A stretch of DNA of 47,813 nt. Source: Archangium sp. Its GTDB lineage: Bacteria > Myxococcota > Myxococcia > Myxococcales > Myxococcaceae. A model generated the notes under the pieces. The model was given only the letters and a program-made list of their open reading frames with translations, ran no database searches and was not told where the DNA came from. Shown piece after piece: positions 38,523-47,813 of the stretch. A program made the position numbers and the translations under genes. Where the stretch lies: contig JANLPS010000066.1 of the NCBI GenBank assembly GCA_031367385.1, forward strand, positions 1 through 47,813, given 5' to 3'. Each line of letters starts with the position of its first letter. The stretch's first letter is position 1.

Positions 38523-39251
38523 TCAACGGGTCGACTCTTTTCGCTTCGTCGCCGCCGCCGCAACCAGCGCCCGGGTCTCTTCGCTCGAGTACGACGCCAC
38601 CCGGAGCCGCTCGTATTCGGCCACCTCGGCGGCTGACGCATCGGCGCGGCCCACCAAGTTGAGGCCGGCCTTGGTGCCCGCGATCGCCGTGGGCGACGCC
38701 GCCGCCAAGTCGGCCGCGATTGAAAAGGCGGTCGTCTCGGCCTGGCCCTCGGTGTCGAGCACGTCGAGCATGCCAAGTTGAAAGGCCCGCTCGGCTTCGA
38801 CGGTGCGGCCGGTCAAGAACAAGAACCTCGCCGCCGACAGGCCGACCCGGCTCGCCACCCGCGCGAACCCGCGCCGCGAATACACCAGCCCGAGCTTCAC
38901 TGGAGGCATGCAGAACCGGGCCGAGAGGTCTCCGATGCGCACATCGCACGCCATCGCCAGCTCGCAGCCCGCGCCGTACGCCGGCCCGGTGATCAGCGCC
39001 ACGCTCGGCAGCGGGTGGTTCGACAAGCCGTCGAGCACATCGGCGACCAGGTCATCGGGCAAGGGGTCTCCGGTTCGGTAGGCGGCGAGCTCATTGAGGT
39101 CGTACCCCGCGCTGAAGATGCCATTGCCCGCGCCGCGAATGAGCAGGGCGCGCACCGACGCGGGCACCTGCAAGCCGACCCGCAGCGCCTCGAGCACGGC
39201 GCGGTCGAGCGCATTTCGACGCGACGGGTTCGACAGGGTCAGCACCCGCAC
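38523..39251 (-). CDS. Enoyl-CoA hydratase/isomerase family protein
   Basis: LSNPSRRNALD, FSAGYDL, GPAYGAGCELAMACDVRI, PPVKLGL. The true start may be upstream (CTG at 39296). Confidence 0.93.
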   Translation of the reverse strand: MRVLTLSNPSRRNALDRAVLEALRVGLQVPASVRALLIRGAGNGIFSAGYDLNELAAYRTGDPLPDDLVADVLDGLSNHPLPSVALITGPAYGAGCELAMACDVRIGDLSARFCMPPVKLGLVYSRRGFARVASRVGLSAARFLFLTGRTVEAERAFQLGMLDVLDTEGQAETTAFSIAADLAAASPTAIAGTKAGLNLVGRADASAAEVAEYERLRVASYSSEETRALVAAAATKRKESTR

Positions 39252-39292
39252 TCCTGAGGGAGAATCAGTGATGTCGAGCCGCCCCTGCGCGT

Positions 39293-39505
39293 TCAGCCGA
39301 GCACCACGAGCACGTCACCCTCGGAGACCGACTGCGCCTCTTTGCAGCGAATCTCTTTGACCGTGCCGCCTTGGGCGGCCTCGACGGGCATCTCCATCTT
39401 CATCGACTCGAGAATGACGAGGGTGTCGCCCTCGTTGACCTTCTGGCCAACGGTGCACTCGATTTTCCAAACGGTTCCAGTGATGTGGGCAGTGACGTCG
39501 GCCAT
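39293..39505 (-). CDS. Stand-alone biotin carboxyl carrier protein (70 aa)
   Basis: MADVTAHITGTVWKI...ILESMKMEMPV with the biotinylated MKM lysine; AAGGAG RBS. The 343-aa ORF-track extension is spurious. Confidence 0.93.
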   Translation of the reverse strand: MADVTAHITGTVWKIECTVGQKVNEGDTLVILESMKMEMPVEAAQGGTVKEIRCKEAQSVSEGDVLVVLG

Positions 39506-39522
39506 TGAAGCGACTCCTTTTT

Positions 39523-40872
39523 TTACGGTTTGGCGTGGTTCTCGAGAAACCGCGTGTCGAGCTGCGCTTGCGCGAAGGCGGGCGAGGCCACGATGCGCTG
39601 GTGGAGCGGGATGTTGGTCTTGATGCCTTCGACGACGAAGCTGCTCAGCGCCTCGGCCGAGCGGGCGATCGCCTCGGCCCGGTTCGAGCCAGTGACGATC
39701 AGCTTCGCGATCATCGGGTCGTAGTACGGCGTGACCACGTTGCCCTCGGCGTACCCGGCATCGAGTCGCACATTGGGCCCGGTCGGAGGCCTGAACACCT
39801 TCAAGGGGCCTGGCGAGGGCAGAAACTTCACCGGGTCTTCGGCGTAGATTCGAAACTCGAGCGCGTGCCCGGTGCGTTGAATTTGCGCCTGCTGCAGCGT
39901 GAGCTTCTCGCCGGCCGCGATGCGCAGCTGCCAGCCAATCAAGTCGACGCCAGTGGTCAGCTCGGTGACCGGGTGCTCGACCTGCAGCCGCGCGTTCATC
40001 TCGATGAAGTAGACCGCGCCCTCGGAGTACAAGAACTCGACCGTGCCGGCGTTGGCGTACCCGAACGCCTTCGATGCCTTGAGGGCCGCGTCGAACAGGC
40101 TCGCGCGAATCGCTTTGTTGGCGCCGTCTAAGAACAGGGGGCAGCCGGCCTCTTCGACGACCTTCTGGTGGCGGCGCTGAATCGAGCACTCGCGGTCGAG
40201 CACGAGCAGGGTGTGACCGTGCAGGTCGCCGAGAATCTGCACCTCGAGGTGGCGGGGCGCGGCGAAGTATTTCTCCAGGTAGAGCCCGTCTTTGCCGAAC
40301 GCGGCCTTCGCGCGGTCCATGCATTGGCGAAAGACTTTGGCGAGCTCATCGGGCGTGTTGGCGACGGCCATGCCGATGCCGCCTCCGCCGCTGGCGGCTT
40401 TGCAGAGCACCGGGTAGCCGATGCGCTCGGCCTCGGCCTGGGCGGTGGCCACGTCGGGCACGGTCTGGGCGGTGCCGGGCACCACCGGTACTCCGGCGGC
40501 GGAGACCAGGCGGCGGGCCTCGCTCTTGTCTTTCATTCGCAGCATCGCCTCGGGCGGAGGCCCCACGAAGACCACGCCGGCCGCGGTGCACGCGCGCGCG
40601 AACTCGGCGTTCTCGGAGACGAAGCCGTAGCCCGGGTGAATCGCTTCAGCGCCGGTCTGCTTGGCGGCGGCGAGCAGGGCTTCGACGTTCAAGTAACTGT
40701 CTTTGGCGGGTGCGGGCCCGATGCGCACCGCTTCGTTCGCTTCTTTGACGAAGGGCAGGTCAGCGTCGGCATCTGAATAGACCGCAACGGTCTTGATGCC
40801 CATCGACTGAGCGACGACTCCGAGTCTGCGCGCGATTTCGCCGCGGTTGGCGATGAGAATTTTCGAGAACAT
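39523..40872 (-). CDS. accC: Biotin carboxylase subunit of an acyl-CoA carboxylase
   Basis: KILIANRGEIA, IHPGYGFVSEN, KAASGGGGIG, RECSIQRRHQK, EMNARLQVEHPVTE, YYDPMIAK. Substrate specificity is not determined. Confidence 0.93.
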   Translation of the reverse strand: MFSKILIANRGEIARRLGVVAQSMGIKTVAVYSDADADLPFVKEANEAVRIGPAPAKDSYLNVEALLAAAKQTGAEAIHPGYGFVSENAEFARACTAAGVVFVGPPPEAMLRMKDKSEARRLVSAAGVPVVPGTAQTVPDVATAQAEAERIGYPVLCKAASGGGGIGMAVANTPDELAKVFRQCMDRAKAAFGKDGLYLEKYFAAPRHLEVQILGDLHGHTLLVLDRECSIQRRHQKVVEEAGCPLFLDGANKAIRASLFDAALKASKAFGYANAGTVEFLYSEGAVYFIEMNARLQVEHPVTELTTGVDLIGWQLRIAAGEKLTLQQAQIQRTGHALEFRIYAEDPVKFLPSPGPLKVFRPPTGPNVRLDAGYAEGNVVTPYYDPMIAKLIVTGSNRAEAIARSAEALSSFVVEGIKTNIPLHQRIVASPAFAQAQLDTRFLENHAKP

Positions 40873-40963
40873 GAGCGGTCGCGCACCGTACCGTCGCTGC
40901 TGGGGTCAAACAATGACCACGTGTTTGGCGTCTTTCAAAGAACGCAGGTAGAAGCCAACCGTC

Positions 40964-41341
40964 ATGCCCCGTCGCAAGGCCCACGCCGCACAGATCTTCA
41001 GCTTCGCCGAGGCCAAGCTGGCTCGCCGGCTGGGCACCTACCGCGAGAAGCTCGACCGGGTGCTGCGCACGAACAAGCGCGCGATCGGCCGGCTGTACTC
41101 GAGCGGCACGCTGTTCACCAAGGTCGGTACCCGAGCGGGCAGAGATCTGCTGCTGGCCCACGAGCATTTGTTGCGGGTGGTGGGGCTGGTCGAGCGGCTG
41201 AGCGACACTGGCGATGTGCCCGCGCCGCGAAAGAGCGCCGAGGTCGACGCGATCTTCGATGAGCTCGATACGTTGCTCGAGCGAACGACTCAGCTCACCG
41301 AGCACACCGCGGCGATGATCGACGAGCTGAAGCGCGAGTAA
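40964..41341 (+). CDS. Hypothetical helical protein
   Basis: 125 aa ORF filling the gap between divergent/convergent neighbours; coding-like codon use. Confidence 0.7.
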   Translation: MPRRKAHAAQIFSFAEAKLARRLGTYREKLDRVLRTNKRAIGRLYSSGTLFTKVGTRAGRDLLLAHEHLLRVVGLVERLSDTGDVPAPRKSAEVDAIFDELDTLLERTTQLTEHTAAMIDELKRE

Positions 41342-41344
41342 CGA

Positions 41345-41962
<618 letters not shown>

Positions 41963-42010
41963 TCATGCCGCTCGATACAAAAGGGTGTCACTTCGAAATT
42001 GACCAGCGCA

Positions 42011-43882
42011 TCACGGCTTGCACGACGGCCCACTCTCTAAAATGTTCTTGATCTTGCTCACGTACACGTCGTCTGCCGGGGCGACGCGCAGATACTGCTC
42101 GTAAAAATTGCACGCCTGCCTGAACTCGCTCGGGCTGTTGTCTTCTTGAGAGAGCCGTGAATGGGCGCTCGCTGAGTTGCGAATGCAGGGCAGGTTCGAG
42201 GGGTCGAGCTGCAGGCACCGCTTGAGCCGTTCGATCGCCGCGTTGAAGCTGCCCTCTTTGATCAGCACCTTGGCTTCGGCGACCAGCTTCTCGGTCTCTG
42301 CATTGGTGCTGGCCGCCGCCACGACCACCGGGTCGGGCTTCTTCGGCACCACCGCGACCGGGTCGGGTTTCTTGGGCACCACCGCCACCGGGTCGGGCCT
42401 CTTCACGTCGGGCTGGGTCTTCTCGGTCAGCGTCTTGTACTTCGCTTCGAGCTCGGCGACCCGGGCCTTGAAGACCTTGGTGCTCTTCGCGCTGTCGAGC
42501 ATGGCCCGGGCCACTTGCGGCTGCTTCGCCTCGAGGGCCTTCATGGCCTCGTTCAAGTTGCTCGAGACGATCTTCTCGGCGTCGATCATCGCCAGCATCG
42601 GGCTGACCTGGGGGCAGGTCGCCGCGCCAACCTTGCAGCTGCGCAGGGCGGTCTCGGCGGTCGCCAGGTCAGCCACGTCGAGCGCGGCCTGGGCTTCGGT
42701 CAACGCCTTCTTCGACGCGTCTTCAGGGCTGGCGTCGACCGGGTCGGGGGGCACGGGCACGTCAGGCTCGATCGGAGGCGGCTTCACCGGGTCGACCACC
42801 GCCACCGCCACCTTCACCGGAGGCGGGTCGACGGGTTTGGTGGTGGTGCCACGGCCGCGCATCAATGCGTACCCGCCTCCGCCAACCACCAGCACCAGCA
42901 CGGTGGCGATCACCGCGATCATCGGCGCCTTCGATGAGCTGAGCTGCTCGAACTCACCCGTCTCGACCACCGTGGCCGTGGTCGGCGCGTCGCTGAACGA
43001 CTCTCCGGGGCCCACGAACTTCATCTTCACGTGCCCAAGCTCGATCACGTCGCCGCTGCGCAAGGTCACCTGCGCGTAAGGCTCGCCGTTGACCATCAGG
43101 CCATTGGCCGACTGCATGTCGATGACCCGCCACTCGCCGTTGTCTTCACGCACCACTTTGCAGTGGGTGCGCGAGAGCGAGCGGTGATCGAGATAGATGT
43201 CGTTGTCGTCGACCCGGCCGATGCGGGTCTCGGTCTTCGAGATGAGAAACTCGCGGCCAGCGAACTCGGTGTTGATCACCACCAGCTTCGGCGCTTGGCT
43301 CGAGTCGAGCTCGATGACCTCGCGGCGGTTGGTCTGCACCTGGTCGATGCGAATGACCGAGGTCGATTGCTGCTTGGGCAGGGTGGCGTCGTCTTCGGCC
43401 CCGTCGACCGCCTCGAGGGTGCCCGGCGGAGGCGTTGCGTCGCTCGCCCGGCTCGGTGGGTCGACCGCCGGCAACGCCGGCATGGTGGGCGCCGTCTCGC
43501 GCTCGCTGGGCAGGCGTTGGGTGGGGCCGACGCTGCTGCTGGCCCGCGCCGAGGGCACCTGCATCGGCGTGGTTGACGTGGCGCGTTGCTCGTCTTCGCG
43601 CTGTATCGCGAGGTCGTAGTCGCCGATCTGAATCAGGTCTCCGTCGCTGACCTGCACCAGGCCTGAGATGCGATCGCCGTTGACCCGAATGCCGTTGGAG
43701 CTGCCGAGGTCTTCGATTTTCACGGCGCCTGACTGCCGCAGCAGCCGGGCGTGCCGTCGCGAGACGTTGCGCTCGGTCAACCGAATGGTGTTGCCCTCTT
43801 GGCGGCCGATGGTGATTTCGTCCCTCACGAAGGGGACGACCGTCTTTCGGCCTTCGTCATCTTCAATGATCAGCTTCAGCAC
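42011..43882 (-). CDS. Membrane protein with two FHA domains and periplasmic Pro-rich/TPR region
   Basis: FHA1 IGRQEGN...NVSRRHA...DLGSSNG; FHA2 IGRVDDND...SLSRTHC...DMQSANG; TM; PDPVAVVPKK repeats; TPR at the C-terminus. Confidence 0.9.
   Translation of the reverse strand: MLKLIIEDDEGRKTVVPFVRDEITIGRQEGNTIRLTERNVSRRHARLLRQSGAVKIEDLGSSNGIRVNGDRISGLVQVSDGDLIQIGDYDLAIQREDEQRATSTTPMQVPSARASSSVGPTQRLPSERETAPTMPALPAVDPPSRASDATPPPGTLEAVDGAEDDATLPKQQSTSVIRIDQVQTNRREVIELDSSQAPKLVVINTEFAGREFLISKTETRIGRVDDNDIYLDHRSLSRTHCKVVREDNGEWRVIDMQSANGLMVNGEPYAQVTLRSGDVIELGHVKMKFVGPGESFSDAPTTATVVETGEFEQLSSSKAPMIAVIATVLVLVVGGGGYALMRGRGTTTKPVDPPPVKVAVAVVDPVKPPPIEPDVPVPPDPVDASPEDASKKALTEAQAALDVADLATAETALRSCKVGAATCPQVSPMLAMIDAEKIVSSNLNEAMKALEAKQPQVARAMLDSAKSTKVFKARVAELEAKYKTLTEKTQPDVKRPDPVAVVPKKPDPVAVVPKKPDPVVVAAASTNAETEKLVAEAKVLIKEGSFNAAIERLKRCLQLDPSNLPCIRNSASAHSRLSQEDNSPSEFRQACNFYEQYLRVAPADDVYVSKIKNILESGPSCKP
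42327..42400. repeat. 30-bp in-frame tandem repeat (PDPVAVVPKK x ~2.5)
   Basis: accgggtcggg recurs at 30-nt spacing within the FHA gene. Confidence 0.8.
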
Positions 43883-43975
43883 GCACCTGACTTTCTAGCA
43901 TCACTGTACGCCGCAAAGCAGCAACCCCGAGCGTCGAGCCGAAACTTTCTTCTTCCGCCAAGTTACAGTGTCGCG

Positions 43976-45724
43976 GTGGCGGCCTCCCTCATTTTGCGTA
44001 CCGACTCGGGTGACGAGCACCTCGAGCTCATCGAGTTCGAGGCCCGGGTGCGGCGGGGTGAGATTTCTCCGCAGTCGCTGGTGTGCCTGCCGCCCATCAC
44101 CGGCGACCGCTTCGTGCCGGCCTGTGAGCTCGAGCTGTTCAAGGCGCTGCACGAGCCTAAGCGGGCTTCGTTTTCGCGCACCTTCTCGGTCACTCGGTTT
44201 CCCTACATCACGTCGGGGTTGATTTTGCTCAACCTGTCGATCTTCTTGTTCACCGCCCGCGGCGGAGAGATGGACATCGACGACATGGTGCGCAGCGGTG
44301 CCAAGGTGGGCCCGCTCATCTGGGACCTGGGCGAGCTGTGGCGGCTGTTCACCGCCAACTTTCTGCACCACGACGGCCTGCACCTGGGCCTCAACATGTT
44401 CGTGCTCTTCAACGTGGGCGGGGCGCTCGAGAACACCTACCGCACGCTCGATTACCTGTGGCTGCTGGTCTTCACCGGGCTGGCGACGATGACGACTTCG
44501 TTGCTGCTCAACGAGTCGATCACCATCGGCGCCTCGGGCATGGTGTTCGGCTGCCTGGGGGGCGTGGTGGCCTTCGGGCTCAAGTACCGCAGCCTGCTGC
44601 CGACGCGATACCGCAGCTTGATGGCCGACGCCGCGGTGCCGGTGGTGCTCGGGCTGTTGATGATGGGCATCACCTCGCATGGGGTCGACAACTGGGCCCA
44701 CATCGGGGGGCTGGTGGCGGGCATCGGCACCGGCGCCTTGATGCGGCCGCGGTTGCTGGCCGAAGCACGACGGTGGTGGTGGGAGCCAGCGCTGCGGGCC
44801 GCTCCCTCGCTGGGCATTCTGGCGGTCGTCTTCGGCGGGCAGACCTTGTTTCGCGAAGTGCTGCCGGTGATGCGTCTCGAGCACGACGATGCTTACGGGC
44901 TGTCGATGCCGGTGCCCAAGACGTGGGTGCGGGGGGCGAACCCGCTGGGCTCGGTGGCTTGGTACAACGGGCTGTCGGGCCTGGGCCGGGCGAGCTTCGC
45001 CGCCGAGGCGGTCGACATGCCCGAAGGCGCTGACGCGATGGCCTGGGCGAATCGATTCGTCGATGACCGGTTGGCGAAGGGGTCACTGCAGCAGGGCTCG
45101 GTGCGGCACCAGCCTCCGGAGCTGGCACGGGTGGCTGACCATGATGCGGTGCGGGTGCGGGCAGTGCTCGATGACCCGGCGGGCAACAGCCGGTTGGTCG
45201 CCTACTTCGTGCCGCGCGGCAACGTTGTGTACCAGCTGGTGTTTCTGTGGCCGACGGCGTTCCCCAGGTATGGGCAGATCGTCGAGCAGATGCTGGCGGG
45301 CGTGAAGTTCGATGAGACCCGAGCGCTGCGGCTGGCGCGGGCCGAGACGCTGTTGTTCCCCAATTCTCCGGCGGCGTTGGCGAGGCTGGGCGAAGAGCTG
45401 CTCAATCAAGGTGACGGAGTGCCCGCGGCCGAGGCGCTGGCTGGGGCGGTGCGGGGGGAGCCGTCGAGCGCGGAGTACCGGGTGTTGTTGTCGCGGGCGT
45501 GGCTCGCGGCGGGAGAGATCGAGCGGGCGTGCGAGGCGGCGAAGGCGGCGGTGCAATACGACGGTGAAGACCCTGAGGTGCTCGAGGCCGATGCGAGGTG
45601 CGAGCTGGCCCGGGGCAACCCGCAGCGGGCGCTCGAGCGAATCGAACGTGCGCTGGTCGCCGCGCCGGGCGATGCTCGGCTCAAGGCGGCGCAGTCGAGG
45701 CTCAGGGAGTCACTGCCGAGGTAA
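43976..45724 (+). CDS. Rhomboid intramembrane serine protease with extra N-terminal domain and C-terminal soluble + TPR domains
   Basis: WRLFTANFLH..LHL.LN, catalytic GASG and HIGG. Likely start GTG ~43976 (the ORF-track start overlaps the FHA gene). Confidence 0.9.
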   Translation: MAASLILRTDSGDEHLELIEFEARVRRGEISPQSLVCLPPITGDRFVPACELELFKALHEPKRASFSRTFSVTRFPYITSGLILLNLSIFLFTARGGEMDIDDMVRSGAKVGPLIWDLGELWRLFTANFLHHDGLHLGLNMFVLFNVGGALENTYRTLDYLWLLVFTGLATMTTSLLLNESITIGASGMVFGCLGGVVAFGLKYRSLLPTRYRSLMADAAVPVVLGLLMMGITSHGVDNWAHIGGLVAGIGTGALMRPRLLAEARRWWWEPALRAAPSLGILAVVFGGQTLFREVLPVMRLEHDDAYGLSMPVPKTWVRGANPLGSVAWYNGLSGLGRASFAAEAVDMPEGADAMAWANRFVDDRLAKGSLQQGSVRHQPPELARVADHDAVRVRAVLDDPAGNSRLVAYFVPRGNVVYQLVFLWPTAFPRYGQIVEQMLAGVKFDETRALRLARAETLLFPNSPAALARLGEELLNQGDGVPAAEALAGAVRGEPSSAEYRVLLSRAWLAAGEIERACEAAKAAVQYDGEDPEVLEADARCELARGNPQRALERIERALVAAPGDARLKAAQSRLRESLPR

Positions 45725-45746
45725 TAAGAACCGGCCAAATCCCAAG

Positions 45747-45838
45747 CCGGTCATCCTGAGGCTCTCGAAGGATGAAGCCCGGGTATCAAAAAGGCCACCC
45801 GTCGCAGCTGGGTGCTTCGAGTCCTTCAGCACGCACGG
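45747..45838. repeat. REP/REPIN-like palindromic element (copy 2), intergenic
   Basis: Left arm ccggtcatcctgaggctctcgaaggatgaagcccg is nearly identical to copy 1; right arm gtgcttcgagtccttcagcacgcacgg is a degenerate inverse. Confidence 0.8.
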
Positions 45839-45891
45839 AGGAGCACGAAGACCCATGTCCCACATCGGCCGAGCGACGTGTCTGAGGAGGC

Positions 45892-47226
45892 ATGAGAACT
45901 CTCCAGCTCTTCGCGTTGGTCATCTTCACTGCCTGTGGCGTCAACCTCCCGCAGGTGGGACCGGCCACTGGGCCGCTTGATGGCGACCGCCCCAAGGGCC
46001 ACGCCAGCGATGGCGGCCCCGACCCATTCGATGCTGGCCCGAACCTCGACGCCGATGACCTGGCCTCGCTGCTCCCGCGCTCGCGCGTCGAGGCACCCGC
46101 CGCAGACCTGACCCGCGCCGCGACCGGCGAGCGCGCCTTCTCGCTCGACCTCTACCGAAAGCTCGCCGCCAGCAACGACGACAACGTCTTTCTCTCGCCG
46201 CTCAGCATCGATGTCGCCCTCTCTATGACCTACGCCGGAGCCCGTGGCGCCACCGCCGAGGCCTTCGAGCACGTGCTCAAGAGCGGCCTCCTGACCGATG
46301 CGCATCACCGCGCGACCAATGCCCTCGATGCCCAGCTCACCTCACGAGGCAACGGCACCGACCCGCGCGCCTTCACGCTCAAGACCGCCAATAAAATCTT
46401 CTGCCAGGCGGGCTTCACCCTGAAGCAACCCTTCCTCGACACCCTGGCCACCGAATATGGCGCGGGGGTTCGCCCCGAGCCGTTCACCACCGCTCCCGAG
46501 CTCGCGCGCGCGAACATCAATACCTGGGTGGCCGCCAAGACCGACAACCACATCACCGAGCTGCTCGCTCCGGGCTCGGTGGGCCCCAACACGCCGATGG
46601 TGCTGGTCAACGCGATCACCTTCTACGGCGCCTGGGAGCACCCGTTCTCGAACTACGGGGTCGATGACTTCGTCGGCCTCGATGGCGCGCATCGCCACGT
46701 CGCGCCGATGCTGCTCGAGACCACCCTGCAGGCCGCCACCGTCAACGGCACCGAAATCGTTCGCGTACCGTACGTTGGCGGAGCGCTCTCGATGCTGCTG
46801 CTGATGCCCCCCGCAGGTCACTTGCACACCTTCGAAGCCACCCTCGACGAGCAGGCCCTCAGCGCCTTCGAGGCCGCGCTGGCGCCCGAGCGGGTGCTGC
46901 TCACGATGCCGAAGTTCGAGATGGGCACCAAGCAGTCACTGGTCTCGCCCTTGACCTCGCTCGGGCTGGGCATCGCGTTCGGCGGCGCCGACTTCTCGGG
47001 CTTTAGCGACGCGCAGCTGAGCGTCGCCGACGTCATTCACCACGCTTACGTCAAGGTCGATGAGAACGGCACCGAAGCGGCCGCCGCGACTGCGGTCGTG
47101 CTCGATGGAGGCGCCAGCGCTCCGAAGCCGTCACGCCCGGTCACCCTCGACCGCCCCTTCATCGTCGCGGTCATCGACCAGGCGACCAACACCATCGTCT
47201 TCATCGGCCGGGTGACCAAACCGTAA
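45892..47226 (+). CDS. Serpin family protease inhibitor, lipoprotein
   Basis: GAGGAGG RBS, lipobox FTAC; NVFLSPLSI, LVNAITFYGAW, hinge DENGTEAAAATA, signature LDRPFI...FIGRV. Confidence 0.95.
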   Translation: MRTLQLFALVIFTACGVNLPQVGPATGPLDGDRPKGHASDGGPDPFDAGPNLDADDLASLLPRSRVEAPAADLTRAATGERAFSLDLYRKLAASNDDNVFLSPLSIDVALSMTYAGARGATAEAFEHVLKSGLLTDAHHRATNALDAQLTSRGNGTDPRAFTLKTANKIFCQAGFTLKQPFLDTLATEYGAGVRPEPFTTAPELARANINTWVAAKTDNHITELLAPGSVGPNTPMVLVNAITFYGAWEHPFSNYGVDDFVGLDGAHRHVAPMLLETTLQAATVNGTEIVRVPYVGGALSMLLLMPPAGHLHTFEATLDEQALSAFEAALAPERVLLTMPKFEMGTKQSLVSPLTSLGLGIAFGGADFSGFSDAQLSVADVIHHAYVKVDENGTEAAAATAVVLDGGASAPKPSRPVTLDRPFIVAVIDQATNTIVFIGRVTKP

Positions 47227-47282
47227 GGTGCTCCGCACGACGCTCTGATGACGTTGGCCGGGCGAAGCAGTACGACGTCACG

Positions 47283-47813
47283 ATGAGACTCAGCGTTCGC
47301 ACTGCATTCATTGCGCTGGTGGTGTTGGGCGGTACCGGTTGCCGCACCGTCAACGTCACCTCGAAACGATTTTTTATGCCCGCCAAGGCTGAGCTGGCGC
47401 TGCCGCCGCCTGTGGCTGGGAGCGAGTCGGTGACCTTCACCCTGCCCGACGGCGCCCGGTTGCATGGGTTCTGGGTCGCACGACCACAGGCGCGGGCGAC
47501 GCTGGTATTCTTCAACGGAGCGGGCGGTCTGGCAGAAGAAGTGGTGGCGATGTTCGTGACCTGGTCGAAGGCCTTGAATGTCAACGTCTTGGTGTACGAC
47601 TACCGGGGTGCTGGGCGAAGCGAGGGCACGGGGAGCATCGATGCCGTCAAAGACGATGCGCACGTCGTGCTCGAAGACCTCAGCCACTTCAAAGCCGACG
47701 GTCTGGCGAAAGTCATTCTGATGGGCTCCTCAATGGGCTCGATGGCCGCCGTCTCATTGGCCGCACAGAAGCGAGAAGGGTTCGCCGCGATAGTGCTCGA
47801 CAGCGCGCCGACC
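47283..47813 (+). CDS. Alpha/beta hydrolase lipoprotein, truncated by the window edge
   Basis: Not in the ORF track; translated by hand from ATG 47283: MRLSVRTAFIALVVLGGTGC...DGARLHGFW...LVFFNGAGG...YDYRGAGRSEG...LMGSSMG (GxSxG). Confidence 0.85.
   Translation, partial: MRLSVRTAFIALVVLGGTGCRTVNVTSKRFFMPAKAELALPPPVAGSESVTFTLPDGARLHGFWVARPQARATLVFFNGAGGLAEEVVAMFVTWSKALNVNVLVYDYRGAGRSEGTGSIDAVKDDAHVVLEDLSHFKADGLAKVILMGSSMGSMAAVSLAAQKREGFAAIVLDSAPT

Noticed and set aside
39506..40324. N-terminal extension of the biotin carrier ORF (343 aa in the track)
   Set aside because: It overlaps the biotin carboxylase in another frame; the real gene starts at ATG 39505 after an AAGGAG RBS.

Overview
High-GC chromosomal window from a myxobacterium (Myxococcota; inferred from the MXAN_5187-family protein, Cys-rich/FG-GAP lipoproteins and a DigR-like regulator). 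It holds about 40 protein-coding genes. I found no rRNA, tRNA, CRISPR array, transposase or phage gene. Core-like blocks: (i) pseudo-receiver/GGDEF gene, two HEAT-repeat genes, a DUF1460 amidase, MXAN_5187 and a tightly coupled PBP1A - FG-GAP - solute-binding protein - histidine kinase operon; (ii) acs; (iii) lipase - FadL, enoyl-CoA hydratase, biotin carrier, biotin carboxylase, DigR-like regulator, FHA protein, rhomboid. An accessory stretch (~14-31.9 kb) carries orphan lipoproteins, a LysR/NmrA/pirin/YeiH islet and a Cys-rich FG-GAP lipoprotein + divergent ECF sigma + membrane Ser/Thr kinase module. Best leads: the ECF/kinase module; a VolA-like surface lipase with four tandem N-terminal domains coupled to FadL; an orphan solute-binding protein translationally coupled to a kinase in the PBP1A operon; a REP-like palindrome inserted in frame in a signal-peptide region; and a decayed ~220-bp tandem array made from the 5' end and leader of a HEAT gene. 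All family calls come from motif recognition by eye; no searches were run.
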